Notes: a model not told the origin generated them from the sequence alone. DNA of 64,000 nucleotides from an uncultured Actinomycetota bacterium (GCA_963753435.1 CAVWCF010000001.1:672001-736000); one strand, 5' to 3'. Positions 38,485 to 49,598 are shown, counted from the first letter of the stretch. A program made the numbers and translations.

Positions 38485-39822
38485 GTGGAGCAGATTCTCC
38501 AGACCATCCTGGCCGGTGCGAATGATCCGGCCGCGTACGCGGCGCTGCCCGTGCCGGAGTCCTACGCAGCCATCACGGTGCACGCCGATGAAGTCGACAT
38601 GTTCGCCGGCACACCGACCCGCGAGCGGGACCCGCGCCAGTCCCTGCACCTCGACGAGGTGCCCGTCCCGGAACTGGGCCCGGGTGAGGCGCTGGTCGCG
38701 GTGATGGCCAGTTCCATCAACTACAACACGGTTTGGACTTCCATCTTCGAACCGGTCCCCACCTTCGACTTCCTCAAGCGGTACGGGCGCATCCACCCAC
38801 TGGCCGCCCGCCACGATCTGCCGTACCACGTGATCGGATCGGACCTGTCCGGCGTGGTGCTGCGCGTCGGCGTCGGGGTGAGCGCCTGGAAACCGGGAGA
38901 CGAGGTAGTCGCGCACTGCCTGTCAGTGGAGTTGGAGCACCCGCAGGGTCACGACGACACGATGCTGGACCCCGAACAACGGATCTGGGGCTTCGAGACG
39001 AACTTCGGCGGGCTGGCGCAACTGGCCCTGGTCAAGTCCAATCAGCTCCTGCCCAAGCCGGCGCATCTGACCTGGGAAGAGGCCGCCGCGCCCGGACTGG
39101 TCAACTCCACTGCCTACCGCCAGTTGGTATCGACCCACGGCGCCGGGATGAAGCAAGGCGACGTCGTGCTGATCTGGGGCGCCTCCGGCGGCCTGGGGTC
39201 GTACGCGACGCAAATGGCCCTCAACGGGGGCGCGACGCCGATCTGTGTCGTCTCAAGTCCGGAGAAGGCCGAGATCTGCCGCAGCCTGGGCGCCGAACTC
39301 ATCATCGACCGGGCCGCTGAGGACTACCGCTTCTGGAAAGACGAGAACACCCAGGACCCCAAGGAGTGGAAGCGGTTCGGTGCCCGTATCCGGGAACTAA
39401 CCGGTGGCGACGACGTGGACATCGTCTTCGAGCACCCGGGACGGGAAACCTTCGGCGCGTCGGTTTACGTCGCACGCAAGGGCGGCACCATCGTCACCTG
39501 CGCTTCCACCTCCGGGTTCCTGCACCAGTACGACAACCGCTACCTCTGGATGAACCTCAAGCGGATCATCGGCAGCCACTTCGCCAACTACCGCGAGGCG
39601 TGGGAGGCAAACCGACTGATCGCCCGCGGCCGGATCCACCCGACCCTGAGCAAGGTGTTCCCGCTTGCCGAGACCGGGCAGGCCGCGCTGGAGGTGCACA
39701 GCAATCGCCACCAGGGCAAGGTCGGGGTGCTCTGCCTGGCCCCGGAGGAAGGCCTTGGGGTCCGCGATGAGGCCCTCCGCGAGCGACACCTGGACTCGAT
39801 CAACCGCTTCCGCGACGTCTGA
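38485..39822 (+). CDS. ccrA: crotonyl-CoA carboxylase/reductase
   Basis: SSINYNTVW, IWGFETNFG, WGASGGLG, FEHPG and IIGSHFAN motifs. Confidence 0.97.
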   Translation: MEQILQTILAGANDPAAYAALPVPESYAAITVHADEVDMFAGTPTRERDPRQSLHLDEVPVPELGPGEALVAVMASSINYNTVWTSIFEPVPTFDFLKRYGRIHPLAARHDLPYHVIGSDLSGVVLRVGVGVSAWKPGDEVVAHCLSVELEHPQGHDDTMLDPEQRIWGFETNFGGLAQLALVKSNQLLPKPAHLTWEEAAAPGLVNSTAYRQLVSTHGAGMKQGDVVLIWGASGGLGSYATQMALNGGATPICVVSSPEKAEICRSLGAELIIDRAAEDYRFWKDENTQDPKEWKRFGARIRELTGGDDVDIVFEHPGRETFGASVYVARKGGTIVTCASTSGFLHQYDNRYLWMNLKRIIGSHFANYREAWEANRLIARGRIHPTLSKVFPLAETGQAALEVHSNRHQGKVGVLCLAPEEGLGVRDEALRERHLDSINRFRDV

Positions 39823-39827
39823 CCTAC

Positions 39828-40571
39828 TCAGGCCTTTTCACAGCGCGCAATCAAGCCCGTCAACGCAGCCGCGACCGCAGCCGGGGTTTCCACCGCGGCC
39901 AGATGCCCCGCACCGCGCACGGTGACCCGCTCTACGTCGGCGAGGGCGTCCGACATCGCCAGGGCATCGGCCTCGGCCGCGAGGGCGTCCTCGTCGCCCC
40001 GGAGCACGAGCGCCGGGCCGTTGAAACCAGCGAGGTCCGCCAGCGAGTCGGGGCGAGCGGCCATGGCCCGCTGGGCCCAGGCCACGGCCATCGGGTTGGC
40101 CGCCGCCACCATGGCGTGAACCTCGGCAACAACGTCGGCGCGATCGCGCTTGGTGCTCTCCCCCACGAGCGCCGGCTCCACGTCCGCGTGCACGACCGCC
40201 AACCCAGCCGACTCCGCCGCAGCGGCGATCCGCTCCCGATTGGCGCGAGCGGCCGGGGGGTCGGCGGCGGCCTTCGTGTCCAGCAACGCCAGGCCGGCCA
40301 CGCGCTGCGGGGATAGCCGCAGCAGTTCCATGGCCACGTAGCCGCCCATGCTGGTGCCGCCCAGGATCACGCGGTGCAGCCCGGCGGCGTCCATTTCGGC
40401 CAGGACGGCCTCCGCGTAGGCCGCCAGGCTGGGCGTACCCGACGGCATCGCAGCCGAGCCGAAGCCCGGGAGGTCCGGGGTGATTACGTCGGCGGCCAAC
40501 TCCCGGTGCAGGCGGTCGTACATCGCGGCGTGCAGCGGGAACGCGTGCAACAGAACCAGTGGCGGGGTCAC
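39828..40571 (-). CDS. alpha/beta-fold hydrolase
   Basis: LLHAFP, GTSMGG nucleophile elbow, GDED and AGHL motifs. Confidence 0.88.
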   Translation of the reverse strand: MTPPLVLLHAFPLHAAMYDRLHRELAADVITPDLPGFGSAAMPSGTPSLAAYAEAVLAEMDAAGLHRVILGGTSMGGYVAMELLRLSPQRVAGLALLDTKAAADPPAARANRERIAAAAESAGLAVVHADVEPALVGESTKRDRADVVAEVHAMVAAANPMAVAWAQRAMAARPDSLADLAGFNGPALVLRGDEDALAAEADALAMSDALADVERVTVRGAGHLAAVETPAAVAAALTGLIARCEKA

Positions 40572-41344
40572 GGCTGCACCGTAGGGGTCAACTCCTGTGT
40601 CAGGTCGCTGAAGGACCAGGCTGGGCCGTCCCACGTGCTCGGCAGCGGCGCGGCCGCGTCCGGCCCAAGTACGCGGCTGACGATGTGGTCCAAGGCGATG
40701 CGGACGAACGGTTCGCCGACCCACAAGTGCTTGGCACCATCCACGCCGACTACTTCCGCTTGCCGTACCGCCGCGAAGCGAGCGGTTGCCTCGGCTGGAC
40801 GCAGGTAGTCGTCCAACTCCGGGATCAACGCCAACAACGGAGTTCCCGCCGCGTCCCAGCGCGCCAGGTGCTCATCGGTACTGAACCGCAACGGCGGCGA
40901 CAGCAGAATCGCTCCGGCTATCGCCGGATCCAGGCCGTGCATCAACGCCAGGTCGGTACCGAAGGACCAACCGAGCAGCCACGGCTGCGGCAGGTGCTCG
41001 AACTCGGCGAACTCGATCGCAGCGGCAACGTCGTACCGCTCACCGACCGCTGCCTCGAACTGCCCTTGGGAAGTGCCGTGCGCAGACGTAGTCCCGCGGG
41101 TGTTGAACCGCAGCACCGCGATCCCGGCCAGGGCGGGAAGTCGCCAGGCCGCCTTGCGCAGGAGGTGGCTGTCCATCATCCCGCCATGCGTCGGCAACGG
41201 GTGCAGGCAGACCAACGTGGCCGCCGGCTCGGAGTCCGGCGGCAACGCCAACTCCCCCACCAGCTCCAGGCCGTCGGCGGTGTGCAGCGTGACCGGGCGG
41301 CGACGAGCCGGCAGGACGGTGTTGGCGCGGATCTGGACGGTCAC
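40568..41344 (-). CDS. alpha/beta-fold hydrolase
   Basis: HPLPTHGGMMDS, RFNTRG, GWSFG and AKHLW motifs; GTGA overlaps on both sides. Confidence 0.88.
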   Translation of the reverse strand: MTVQIRANTVLPARRRPVTLHTADGLELVGELALPPDSEPAATLVCLHPLPTHGGMMDSHLLRKAAWRLPALAGIAVLRFNTRGTTSAHGTSQGQFEAAVGERYDVAAAIEFAEFEHLPQPWLLGWSFGTDLALMHGLDPAIAGAILLSPPLRFSTDEHLARWDAAGTPLLALIPELDDYLRPAEATARFAAVRQAEVVGVDGAKHLWVGEPFVRIALDHIVSRVLGPDAAAPLPSTWDGPAWSFSDLTQELTPTVQP

Positions 41345-41604
41345 GACAGCGGGCGCCGCCGCTCGCGCGCCTGCCAGCAGGCCTTGTGCCAGTGGCGTCG
41401 GTGACCACTGCCCAGATGCTCGGGCCAAACGACCAGGTGCGGAGTGGCGGTCGGGATCTCCAGGTCACAGCCGGGGCAGCGGTACGGCTTGGTGGACGAG
41501 GAACCGCGGATCGGCCGGACCACGTAGTCCTCGCCGTCGAAGGTCTCGATGCGCTCGGGCGCCGGTCCTGAGCCGCCGCGCGCAGCAGGACGCCGCTTGC
41601 TCAC
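41341..41604 (-). CDS. conserved small actinobacterial protein (Rv1322-like), putative Zn-binding
   Basis: YRCPGCD...HLVVWP...RRHWHKACW. Confidence 0.8.
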   Translation of the reverse strand: MSKRRPAARGGSGPAPERIETFDGEDYVVRPIRGSSSTKPYRCPGCDLEIPTATPHLVVWPEHLGSGHRRHWHKACWQARERRRPLS

Positions 41605-43379
41605 GGTGTGTTGTAGACCCGGAACCCGCGCCCGGCCTTGCGACCGAGATATCCGGCCGTGACCAGGTGCTCCAGAAGCGGTGCGGGTGCGAACCCGGGC
41701 TCGCGGAACTCCCGGTACAACTGCATCTGGATGGCCAGCGCCACATCCAGGCCGACGACGTCGAGCAACTCGAACGGCCCCATCGGGTAGCCGGTGCCCA
41801 CCTTCATGGCGGTGTCGATGTCGTCAGCGCTGGCGTAGTGCGCCTCCAACATCTTCACCGCGTCGTTCAGGTACGGGAACAAGAGCGTGTTGACGATGAA
41901 GCCGGAGCGGTCACCGCACTGCACCGGGGTCTTGCCCAGCCGGCGCACCAACGCCGTTCCAGTTGCCAAGGCCTCCGGTCCGGAATGCACCGTGGCCACC
42001 ACCTCGACCAGGTCCATCGCCTGGGCCGGGTTGAAGAAGTGCAGTCCGACCACGTCGGCCGGCCGTTTGGTCGCCGCCGCCATCTCGATGACCGGCAGGC
42101 TGGACGTGGTCGTTGCCAGCACCGCCCCGGGCTTGCAGATCTCATCGAACGTCTCGAACAGGGTCTGCTTGACCGACAACTCTTCGACGGCCGCCTCAAT
42201 GACCACATCGACATCCGCGAGGTCGTCGAGGCGATGCGATCCGACGATTCGATCCAGCAACGGATCCCGCTCGTCGGCGGCCAACTTGCCCCGTAGTACG
42301 GCCTTGTCCACCGAACGCTCGATCTCGGCTCGTACGGCCGCCACCTTCTCCTCGCCACGAGTGACGTAAAGAACGTCCACGCCGGAGCGTGCCAGCGCCT
42401 CGATGATCCCCTTGGCCATGGTCCCCGAACCGGCGACACCGACACGCTGCACCGGCCGTCCGGTCACCTCGCCGTCCGGCCGCGGGGTTGCCGCGTCGTC
42501 AACGACTACCGGCGAGTCAGCGCTCTCGTAGGTGTAGAAACCGCGACCGGTCTTGCGGCCGAGCAGGCCCGCAGTCACCAGTTGCTTGAGGATCGGCGCC
42601 GGTGCGTGCAGCCGGTCCCGGGTCTGGCGGTACATCGTGTCGAGGATCTCGTAGGCGGTGTCCAGGCCGACCAGGTCGAGCAGGGCCAACGGCCCCATTG
42701 GGTAGCCGGCTCCGAGCCGCATGGCGGCGTCGATGTCCTCGCGCGTGGCGTAGCGAGTCTCGTACAGGCGGACCGCGTGGTTGAGGTATCCGAACAGGAG
42801 GGCGTTGGCGATGAAGCCCGCCTTGTCACCGACGACCACCGGCTGCTTGCCCAGCCGCGCGGCCAGCCCCTTGACGTCCTCGACTACCTCGGGGTCGGTG
42901 ACGACGGTCCGCACCACCTCGACAAGCTTGAGTACGGGTGCCGGGTTGAAGAAGTGCATCCCGACCAGCAGCGCCGGCCGCGTCGTCGCCACCGAGATCT
43001 CCGTCACCGACAGCGAGGAGGTGTTGGTAGCCAGAATGGCGTCCGGACGCACGATCTTGTCCACCCGGCCAAGCAGGTCCTGTTTGAGGTCCAGGTGTTC
43101 CGGAACCGCCTCGATGACCAGATCCGCCTCGGCCAGGTCGTCCATGGATGTCGTGAACCGGATGCGGTCGAAAATGGCCTTCTGCTCGTTGTCGGTGAGC
43201 TTGCCGCGCTTGACCGCGCGCCCGGTGGAAGCGGCCAGGTGTCCCCGGCCCCGCTCGATCCCGGACTCCTCGCCCTCCACGCCGATGACGTCGAAGCCGT
43301 TACGGGCAAACACCTCGGCGATGCCCGCACCCATGGTGCCGAGACCGATAACGCCGATAGTGCGGAAGTCGCGGGCCAT
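41601..43379 (-). CDS. 3-hydroxyacyl-CoA dehydrogenase with tandem duplicated domains
   Basis: Two copies of GxGTM / xTSSL / HFFNPA / YPMGP. Confidence 0.93.
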   Translation of the reverse strand: MARDFRTIGVIGLGTMGAGIAEVFARNGFDVIGVEGEESGIERGRGHLAASTGRAVKRGKLTDNEQKAIFDRIRFTTSMDDLAEADLVIEAVPEHLDLKQDLLGRVDKIVRPDAILATNTSSLSVTEISVATTRPALLVGMHFFNPAPVLKLVEVVRTVVTDPEVVEDVKGLAARLGKQPVVVGDKAGFIANALLFGYLNHAVRLYETRYATREDIDAAMRLGAGYPMGPLALLDLVGLDTAYEILDTMYRQTRDRLHAPAPILKQLVTAGLLGRKTGRGFYTYESADSPVVVDDAATPRPDGEVTGRPVQRVGVAGSGTMAKGIIEALARSGVDVLYVTRGEEKVAAVRAEIERSVDKAVLRGKLAADERDPLLDRIVGSHRLDDLADVDVVIEAAVEELSVKQTLFETFDEICKPGAVLATTTSSLPVIEMAAATKRPADVVGLHFFNPAQAMDLVEVVATVHSGPEALATGTALVRRLGKTPVQCGDRSGFIVNTLLFPYLNDAVKMLEAHYASADDIDTAMKVGTGYPMGPFELLDVVGLDVALAIQMQLYREFREPGFAPAPLLEHLVTAGYLGRKAGRGFRVYNTP

Positions 43380-43415
43380 GTTGCTCCTCAGGTGTCGAAC
43401 CGGCATTCTCCCAGA

Positions 43416-44876
43416 TCAATCGGTCAGCAGATCGGCGGCCCGTTCGGCCACGGCGAGCACCGCCGCGTTGGTGTTGGCGCTTACCGGAGCCGGGAAGACC
43501 GACGCGTCGACCACATGCAGGCCGGCCGTGCCCGGGAGGGCCAGCCGACCGTCAAGGACGCTGCCGGCCGCCACCGTTCCGGTCGGATGAAACAGGGTCG
43601 ATGCCCGGGCCCGCACATGCGCGCGCCAGTCCGGTTCGGGGTCGGCCGGGGGCCGGACGCGGCGCGCCAGCAGCCGCCGCAACGGCTCGGCTGCACCGAT
43701 CTGGGCCGCCAGTTGCGCCCCGCCGACAAGTGCATCCGTGTCGGCGTCCGCACCGAGGTAGTTCGGGTCGATCAGCGGCGGGTCGCCCGGCCGTGGACCA
43801 CTCGCCCGGACCCACCCGCGGCTGGTCGGTCGCAACAACACCGCGGCGATCGTGAACCGCGCGGCACCGGGGTAGCCACCCACGTCACCGACGAAGGCGG
43901 CCGGGCCGGCGTGCAGTTGCAGATCGGGTTCGACATTCAATCCGGTCGCCGCGAAGGCGAACGCCTCGGCGTTGCCGCTGACCAGCGGACCGTCGCCGCG
44001 CTCGGACCACCGGCGCAGCGCTAGTTCGGAACTGCCCTCGTGCAGGCCCGGGGTCGCCTGACCGATCCAGAGCAAGGGAACGGCCAGGTGATCGGCGAGG
44101 CCCGCGCCGACAGCAGCGTCCACCAGCACTCGGACGCCGATGCGCTCGAGGTGCTCGACCGGGCCGATTCCCGAACGCTGCAGCAGTACTGGCGAGCCGA
44201 CCGCGCCCGCGCACACGATCACGCGCCCTGCCGGCACCGCGGTGCCGTCGGCCAGTTCCACTCCGACCGCCCGCTGGCCGCGGAACAGCACTCGACTGAC
44301 CACAGCCGAGCGCACCTGGAGGTTGTCCCGCGACATGGCCGGTCGCAGGTAGGCGCTGGCCGCCGAATGCCGCACACCCAGGCGTTGCGTCACCTCGAAG
44401 ACACCGGAGTCGGCCAGTCCAGCTATCCGGGACGCCTGGACGAAGGCGGTGGACAACTCGTGGGCGTACCGCAACGGCTCCGGGGCCATCACCTCTTCGG
44501 CGCGGCGCAGCGCGGGCAGGAGATCGGCCGCACCCCAGCCCAGGAGACCGTGCTCATCACGCCACTGGTCGAAGTCGGCTGGACGTGGGCGCACCCACAA
44601 CGTGGCGTTGATGGCCGACGACCCACCCAGGGCGCGGCCGCGCGGCCACCGCACCGTGCGCCCACCCAGGCCCGCTTGGGGCTGAGTCACATCGCCCCAG
44701 TCGTGCGCCGACCCGATCAGGCGCACCAGACGGGCCGGGATCTCGAAGTCCGCGCCGAGGTCCGGCTCCCCCGCTTCCAGTAAGAGAACGCGGTGATCAC
44801 GGGCCTGGGACAGGCGGGCCGCCAGCACGCATCCGGCACTGCCGCCGCCGACGATGACAGTGTCCACGACCGGCAC
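43416..44876 (-). CDS. GMC family FAD oxidoreductase
   Basis: [29 protein letters not shown] and NTNAAV motifs. Confidence 0.9.
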   Translation of the reverse strand: MPVVDTVIVGGGSAGCVLAARLSQARDHRVLLLEAGEPDLGADFEIPARLVRLIGSAHDWGDVTQPQAGLGGRTVRWPRGRALGGSSAINATLWVRPRPADFDQWRDEHGLLGWGAADLLPALRRAEEVMAPEPLRYAHELSTAFVQASRIAGLADSGVFEVTQRLGVRHSAASAYLRPAMSRDNLQVRSAVVSRVLFRGQRAVGVELADGTAVPAGRVIVCAGAVGSPVLLQRSGIGPVEHLERIGVRVLVDAAVGAGLADHLAVPLLWIGQATPGLHEGSSELALRRWSERGDGPLVSGNAEAFAFAATGLNVEPDLQLHAGPAAFVGDVGGYPGAARFTIAAVLLRPTSRGWVRASGPRPGDPPLIDPNYLGADADTDALVGGAQLAAQIGAAEPLRRLLARRVRPPADPEPDWRAHVRARASTLFHPTGTVAAGSVLDGRLALPGTAGLHVVDASVFPAPVSANTNAAVLAVAERAADLLTD

Positions 44877-44914
44877 GGGCCGCGACGCTACCGCTGCGGC
44901 TACCGTCGGCGCCC

Positions 44915-45586
44915 ATGCGCCTGGTCATCGCCCGCTGCCGGGTCGACTACGTGGGTCGCCTGACCGCCCACCTGCCGCTGGCCACACGCCTGCTGCTGAT
45001 CAAGGCGGACGGCTCGGTGTCCATCCACGCCGATGACCGCGCCTACAAGCCGTTGAACTGGATGAGCCCGCCATGTGAACTCGAGGAGGGCGCCGGGGCC
45101 GACGGCCTGCTTTGGACGGTCACCAATCGCGGCGGCGAGCGCCTACTGATCGGCATCGAGGAGATCCTGCTCGACTCCAGCCACGAACTCGGCGTCGAAC
45201 CCGGACTCAGCAAGGACGGCGTCGAGGCGCAGTTGCAGTCGCTGCTGGCCGAGCAACTGAACACGCTGGGCGACGACTGGTCGCTGATCCGTCGGGAGTA
45301 CCCGACCGCGATCGGCCCAGTCGATCTGCTGTGCCGAGACGCGGATGGGGTGACAGTCGCGGTCGAGGTGAAGCGCCGCGGCGACATGGACGGCGTCGAG
45401 CAGCTGACCCGGTATCTCGACCTGCTCAACCGCGACGAGTTGCTGGCCCCGGTGCGCGGGGTGTTCGCCGCTCAGGAGATCCGCCCGCAGGCCCGGACCC
45501 TGGCGCTGGACCGGGGCATCGAGTGCGTCGTGGTCGACTACGAGGCGCTGAAAGGGACGGACGACCCGGAGTCGCGGCTCTTCTGA
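44915..45586 (+). CDS. nucS: mismatch-specific endonuclease NucS/EndoMS
   Basis: [36 protein letters not shown] and [15 protein letters not shown] motifs. Confidence 0.97.
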   Translation: MRLVIARCRVDYVGRLTAHLPLATRLLLIKADGSVSIHADDRAYKPLNWMSPPCELEEGAGADGLLWTVTNRGGERLLIGIEEILLDSSHELGVEPGLSKDGVEAQLQSLLAEQLNTLGDDWSLIRREYPTAIGPVDLLCRDADGVTVAVEVKRRGDMDGVEQLTRYLDLLNRDELLAPVRGVFAAQEIRPQARTLALDRGIECVVVDYEALKGTDDPESRLF

Positions 45587-45602
45587 CGCTAACGTGCTTT
45601 GT

Positions 45603-46457
45603 GTGGAGCCGGCGATCACAGCGACGGATGTCCGGAAGCGGTACGGCGATACCCAGGCCCTCGACGGCGTCGACCTGCGCGTGGAACATCAGGAGTGCGT
45701 CGCTGTCCTCGGTCCCAACGGAGCCGGCAAGACCACGGCGGTGGAGATATTCGAGGGGTACCGCAACCGCGACTCCGGTGCTGTGACGGTCCTAGGCGCG
45801 GACCCGGCGTCCGCCGACCAGTCCTGGCGCCGACGCATCGGCATCGTGCTGCAGTCGGCCACCGACCTGGGAGATCTGACGGTGGCGGAGACGGTTCACC
45901 ACTTCGCCACGTACTACCCCAATCCCCGCAACCCGGACGAGGTGATTGACCTGGTGGGGTTGTCGGCAAAGCGAGACGCTCGCGGCCGGTTGCTCTCCGG
46001 GGGCCAGCGGCGGCGCCTGGACGTGGCGCTGGGCATCATCGGCCGACCGGAATTGCTCTTCCTCGACGAACCGACGACCGGCTTCGACCCGGAGGCACGA
46101 CGGGATTTCTGGGCGCTGATCGCCCAGCTTCGCGCCGCCGGCACAACGATCCTGCTCACGACGCACTACCTGGAGGAGGCCGAAGCGCTCGCCGACCGGG
46201 TCGTGGTGATCGCGAACGGTCAGGTTCGCGCGGAGGGGCCGCCGGCGACCCTTGGCGGTCGCAGCAACGGCAAGGCCGAAGTTTCATGGGCCGAAGCGGG
46301 CCAGCTGCGCACGGAGGCAACCGACGATCCGACCAAGGTCGTCCTGGACCTGGCGGCCCGGTTCGGTGGACCGATCCCGGAGTTGACGGTGCGTCGGCCG
46401 ACGCTTGAGGACACCTACCTGGCACTTGTGGGCCAGGAGAACGAGCCGGCGTCATGA
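45603..46457 (+). CDS. ABC-2 exporter ATP-binding subunit
   Basis: GPNGAGKT, LSGGQ, FLDEPT and TTHY motifs. Confidence 0.93.
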   Translation: MEPAITATDVRKRYGDTQALDGVDLRVEHQECVAVLGPNGAGKTTAVEIFEGYRNRDSGAVTVLGADPASADQSWRRRIGIVLQSATDLGDLTVAETVHHFATYYPNPRNPDEVIDLVGLSAKRDARGRLLSGGQRRRLDVALGIIGRPELLFLDEPTTGFDPEARRDFWALIAQLRAAGTTILLTTHYLEEAEALADRVVVIANGQVRAEGPPATLGGRSNGKAEVSWAEAGQLRTEATDDPTKVVLDLAARFGGPIPELTVRRPTLEDTYLALVGQENEPAS

Positions 46458-47269
46458 GCGTTACGGAAGCGAGCCCACCATCAGCCTGGAGTCTCGGGCG
46501 GCGCCGTGCCGGCATCGAGTTGAAGCAGTTCTTCCGCGACCGCGAGTCGGCACTGTTCAACTTCGCACTGCCCATGCTGCTGCTGGTCGTCTTCGGTTCC
46601 GCGTTCGATGCGGAGATCGAGCCTGGTGTGACCTTCAGCCAGTACTTCCTGGCCGGCATGATCGCCAGCGGCCTCGTCTACAGCGGCTTTCAGAACCTCG
46701 CCATCTCGATTCCCCTGGAGCGCGACGACGGAACCCTCAAGCGGCTGCGCGGCACCCCGATGCCGTCCGCCTCGTACTTCATCGGCAAGACCATCGTGGT
46801 GCTCATTTCGGTCACGGCGCAGATAACACTGCTGCTCGCCATCGGCGTCCTGCTCTTCGACGTGACGATGCCGGACACCGCGCAGAAATGGTTCACGTTG
46901 CTCTGGGTGAGCCTGCTGGGCGTGGTCGTCTGCTCACTGCTCGGAATCGCCTACTCAGCCATACCTCGCAACGGGCGCAGTGCGTCCGCGCTGGTGACGC
47001 CGGTCGTGCTGGTGTTGCAGTTCACGTCCGGCGTCTTCTTCGTGTTCAGCCAGTTGCCTTCGTGGATGCAGCAATTCGCGTCCCTGTTCCCGCTGAAGTG
47101 GCTGTGCCAGGGCATGCGGTCGGTGTTCCTGCCGGAGTCGTTCGCCGCCGTCGAACCGGCTGGCTCGTGGGAACTGCCCATGGTGGCGCTGGTGCTTGTC
47201 GCGTGGTCGATCGGGGCAGCCGTGCTGGCCCGCCTGGCGTTTCGGTGGACCCGCAGCGATGCTGACTGA
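46454..47269 (+). CDS. ABC-2 exporter permease
   Basis: Six TM segments, ERDDGTLKRLRGTP; ATGA overlap with the ATPase. Confidence 0.92.
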   Translation: MSVTEASPPSAWSLGRRRAGIELKQFFRDRESALFNFALPMLLLVVFGSAFDAEIEPGVTFSQYFLAGMIASGLVYSGFQNLAISIPLERDDGTLKRLRGTPMPSASYFIGKTIVVLISVTAQITLLLAIGVLLFDVTMPDTAQKWFTLLWVSLLGVVVCSLLGIAYSAIPRNGRSASALVTPVVLVLQFTSGVFFVFSQLPSWMQQFASLFPLKWLCQGMRSVFLPESFAAVEPAGSWELPMVALVLVAWSIGAAVLARLAFRWTRSDAD

Positions 47270-47292
47270 CTACGGATCGGAGGAGGAGAAAG

Positions 47293-47604
47293 ATGAACGA
47301 CCAGCGCCAGCAGTGGGACGAGTACGTGGACCGGGCCAGTGACGTACTGAGCGGCTTGATCGCCGACGCCCAGCGCACCTTGGAGGACGGCCGCAAGAGT
47401 CTCGGCGAGTACCAGGCCCGCCGCCAAACGGAGCGTTTGCTCGCTCGACTCGGCGCCGCCGTTTACGCCGCCGAACGATCTGGCGGGCCCGCCGCGGCCG
47501 TGGCTGAAGCGATGTCCGCCGTCGACGAGCACGTGGCAGCGCACGGGTCCGCGGACCTGCCGCCTGCCGATGTCGACCGGGCCGGCAGCGAGGCGAACGA
47601 TTAG
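47293..47604 (+). CDS. hypothetical protein (helical)
   Basis: Strong RBS GGAGGAGG; fills the gap between neighbours. Confidence 0.7.
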   Translation: MNDQRQQWDEYVDRASDVLSGLIADAQRTLEDGRKSLGEYQARRQTERLLARLGAAVYAAERSGGPAAAVAEAMSAVDEHVAAHGSADLPPADVDRAGSEAND

Positions 47605-49571
47605 CCGTCTGCCAACCCCCGGGCCCGGCGGATGGCGCCGACCACCTGCGTCAGGTCCTCGGTCAGGTCGAAGTCCTTCGGGGTGAACACCGCAGCCACC
47701 CCGCCAGCGACCAGGACAGCAGCGTCGGCAGCCGGGATGATCCCGCCGACGACCACGGGCACGTCGGTCAGCCCTGCCTCCCGCAGCCCGGCCACCACCG
47801 CGGGCACCAGGTCCAGGTGCGAACCGGACAGCACCGACAGGCCCACGCAGTGGACGTCGTCGGCGACCGCCGAGGCGACGATCTGCTCCGGGGTGAGTCG
47901 GATGCCCGCGTAGACGACCTCGAAACCCGCGTCGCGGGCGCGCACCGCAACCTGTTCGGCGCCGTTGCTGTGGCCGTCCAAGCCGGGCTTGGCCACCAGG
48001 ATCCGCAATCGAGTCCCTAGCTGGGCTCCGGTGCTCTGCACCAGTTCGCGCAGCTGGGCCAACCCGGCCGAAGGCGTAGTCGGAGCATCGGCTACCCCCG
48101 TGGGCGCGCGGTACTCGCCGAAGACCTCGCGCAGCGCACCCGCCCACTCCCCGGTTGTCACACCGGCACGGGCGCACTGCATGGTGGCCGGCATCAACGA
48201 CTCGGTACCAGCGGCGGCAGCGGTCAAGGCCGCCAAAGCCTCCTTGACCGCCACCGGATCCCGTTGCTCACGCCAACGCTGCAGCGCTGCCACGGCTTCA
48301 GCTTCCGCGGCGGGGTCGACGCTGAGGATCGCCGCGCCACTGGCGGTCAACGGGCTGGGCTCGGTCTCCACGAACGAGTTGACGCCGATGACCTTCTGCT
48401 CACCGGACTCGATGCGGCCGCGACGCTGGGCGTGCGAGCTCACCAACTGCGCCTTCAGATAGCCGTCGGCGACGGCGGCCACTACGCCGCCACGAGCGTC
48501 GATCTGCTCCAGCTCCGCTCTGGCGGCATCGAGGAGTTCGGTGACTTTGCTTTCGACGACCGGAGAGCCGGTGAACAGGTCGGGGTATTCCAGCAAGTCG
48601 GACTCGTATGCGAGTACCTGCTGCATTCGCAGCGACCACTGCTGGTCCCATGGTCGTGGCAGGCCGAGGGCCTCGTTCCAAGCGGGCAACTGGATGGCTC
48701 GGGCCCGGGCGTCCCGACTCAAGGTCACGCCCAGCATCTCCAGCATGATGCGAGCGACGTTGTTTTCCGGCTGCTCCTCCGTGAGGCCCAGCGAATTGAC
48801 CTGCACTCCATACCGGAAGCGACGCTGGTCTGGGTTCTCGATGCCGTAGCGGTCGCGGGTGATCTCCTCCCAGAGGAGACCGAACGCGCGCATCTTGCAC
48901 ATCTCCTCCACGAAGCGAACTCCGGCGTTCACGAAGAAAGACATGCGACCGACAACGTCACCGAATCGCTCCGGTGGCACCTGCCCGCTGTCCCGCACCG
49001 CGTCCAGCACGGCGATCGCAGTCGCCATCGAGAACGCCAACTCCTGCACGGGAGTGGCCCCGGCCTCCTGCAGGTGATACGAGCAGATGTTGATCGGGTT
49101 CCACTTCGGCATCGTCGCCACCGAATGCGCGATGAGGTCTGCAGACAACCGCAGGCTGACCTCCGGCCCGAAGACGTAGGTGCCGCGACTCAAGTACTCC
49201 TTGATGATGTCGTTCTGCGTAGTACCGGACAGGGCTGCGATCTCGACGCCGGTCTCGGCGGCCACCGCCTCGTACAGCGCCAGTAGCCACATCGCGGTGG
49301 CGTTGATCGTCATCGAGGTGTTCATCCGGTCCAGGGGCAACCCGTCGAACAGCGCGCGCATGTCCCCCAAGTGCGCGATCGGCACACCCACGCGGCCAAC
49401 TTCCCCACGCGCCCGGGGGTCGTCAGGGTCGTAGCCGGTCTGGGTGGGCAGGTCGAACGCGACCGAAAGCCCGGTCTGGCCCTTGGCCATGTTGGTGTGG
49501 AAAAGGGCGTTGGAGGCCTGCGCCGACGTGTGTCCGGCGTAGGTCCGCATGACCCAGGGCCGATCCGGCAT
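47601..49571 (-). CDS. meaA: ethylmalonyl-CoA mutase (MeaA/Ecm)
   Basis: WVMRTYAGH, QNDIIKEYLSRG, FRYGVQVNSLGLT and the fused B12 domain KPGLDGHSNG. Confidence 0.93.
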   Translation of the reverse strand: MPDRPWVMRTYAGHTSAQASNALFHTNMAKGQTGLSVAFDLPTQTGYDPDDPRARGEVGRVGVPIAHLGDMRALFDGLPLDRMNTSMTINATAMWLLALYEAVAAETGVEIAALSGTTQNDIIKEYLSRGTYVFGPEVSLRLSADLIAHSVATMPKWNPINICSYHLQEAGATPVQELAFSMATAIAVLDAVRDSGQVPPERFGDVVGRMSFFVNAGVRFVEEMCKMRAFGLLWEEITRDRYGIENPDQRRFRYGVQVNSLGLTEEQPENNVARIMLEMLGVTLSRDARARAIQLPAWNEALGLPRPWDQQWSLRMQQVLAYESDLLEYPDLFTGSPVVESKVTELLDAARAELEQIDARGGVVAAVADGYLKAQLVSSHAQRRGRIESGEQKVIGVNSFVETEPSPLTASGAAILSVDPAAEAEAVAALQRWREQRDPVAVKEALAALTAAAAGTESLMPATMQCARAGVTTGEWAGALREVFGEYRAPTGVADAPTTPSAGLAQLRELVQSTGAQLGTRLRILVAKPGLDGHSNGAEQVAVRARDAGFEVVYAGIRLTPEQIVASAVADDVHCVGLSVLSGSHLDLVPAVVAGLREAGLTDVPVVVGGIIPAADAAVLVAGGVAAVFTPKDFDLTEDLTQVVGAIRRARGLADG

Positions 49572-49598
49572 CCGCTCCTCCTTAAGGAACGGCCCAAC

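Noticed and set aside
41601-43379. Tandem HAD domains as a novel fusion or assembly duplication
   Set aside because: The two halves are well diverged, and double-domain 3-hydroxyacyl-CoA dehydrogenases are known near ccr genes in actinomycetes.
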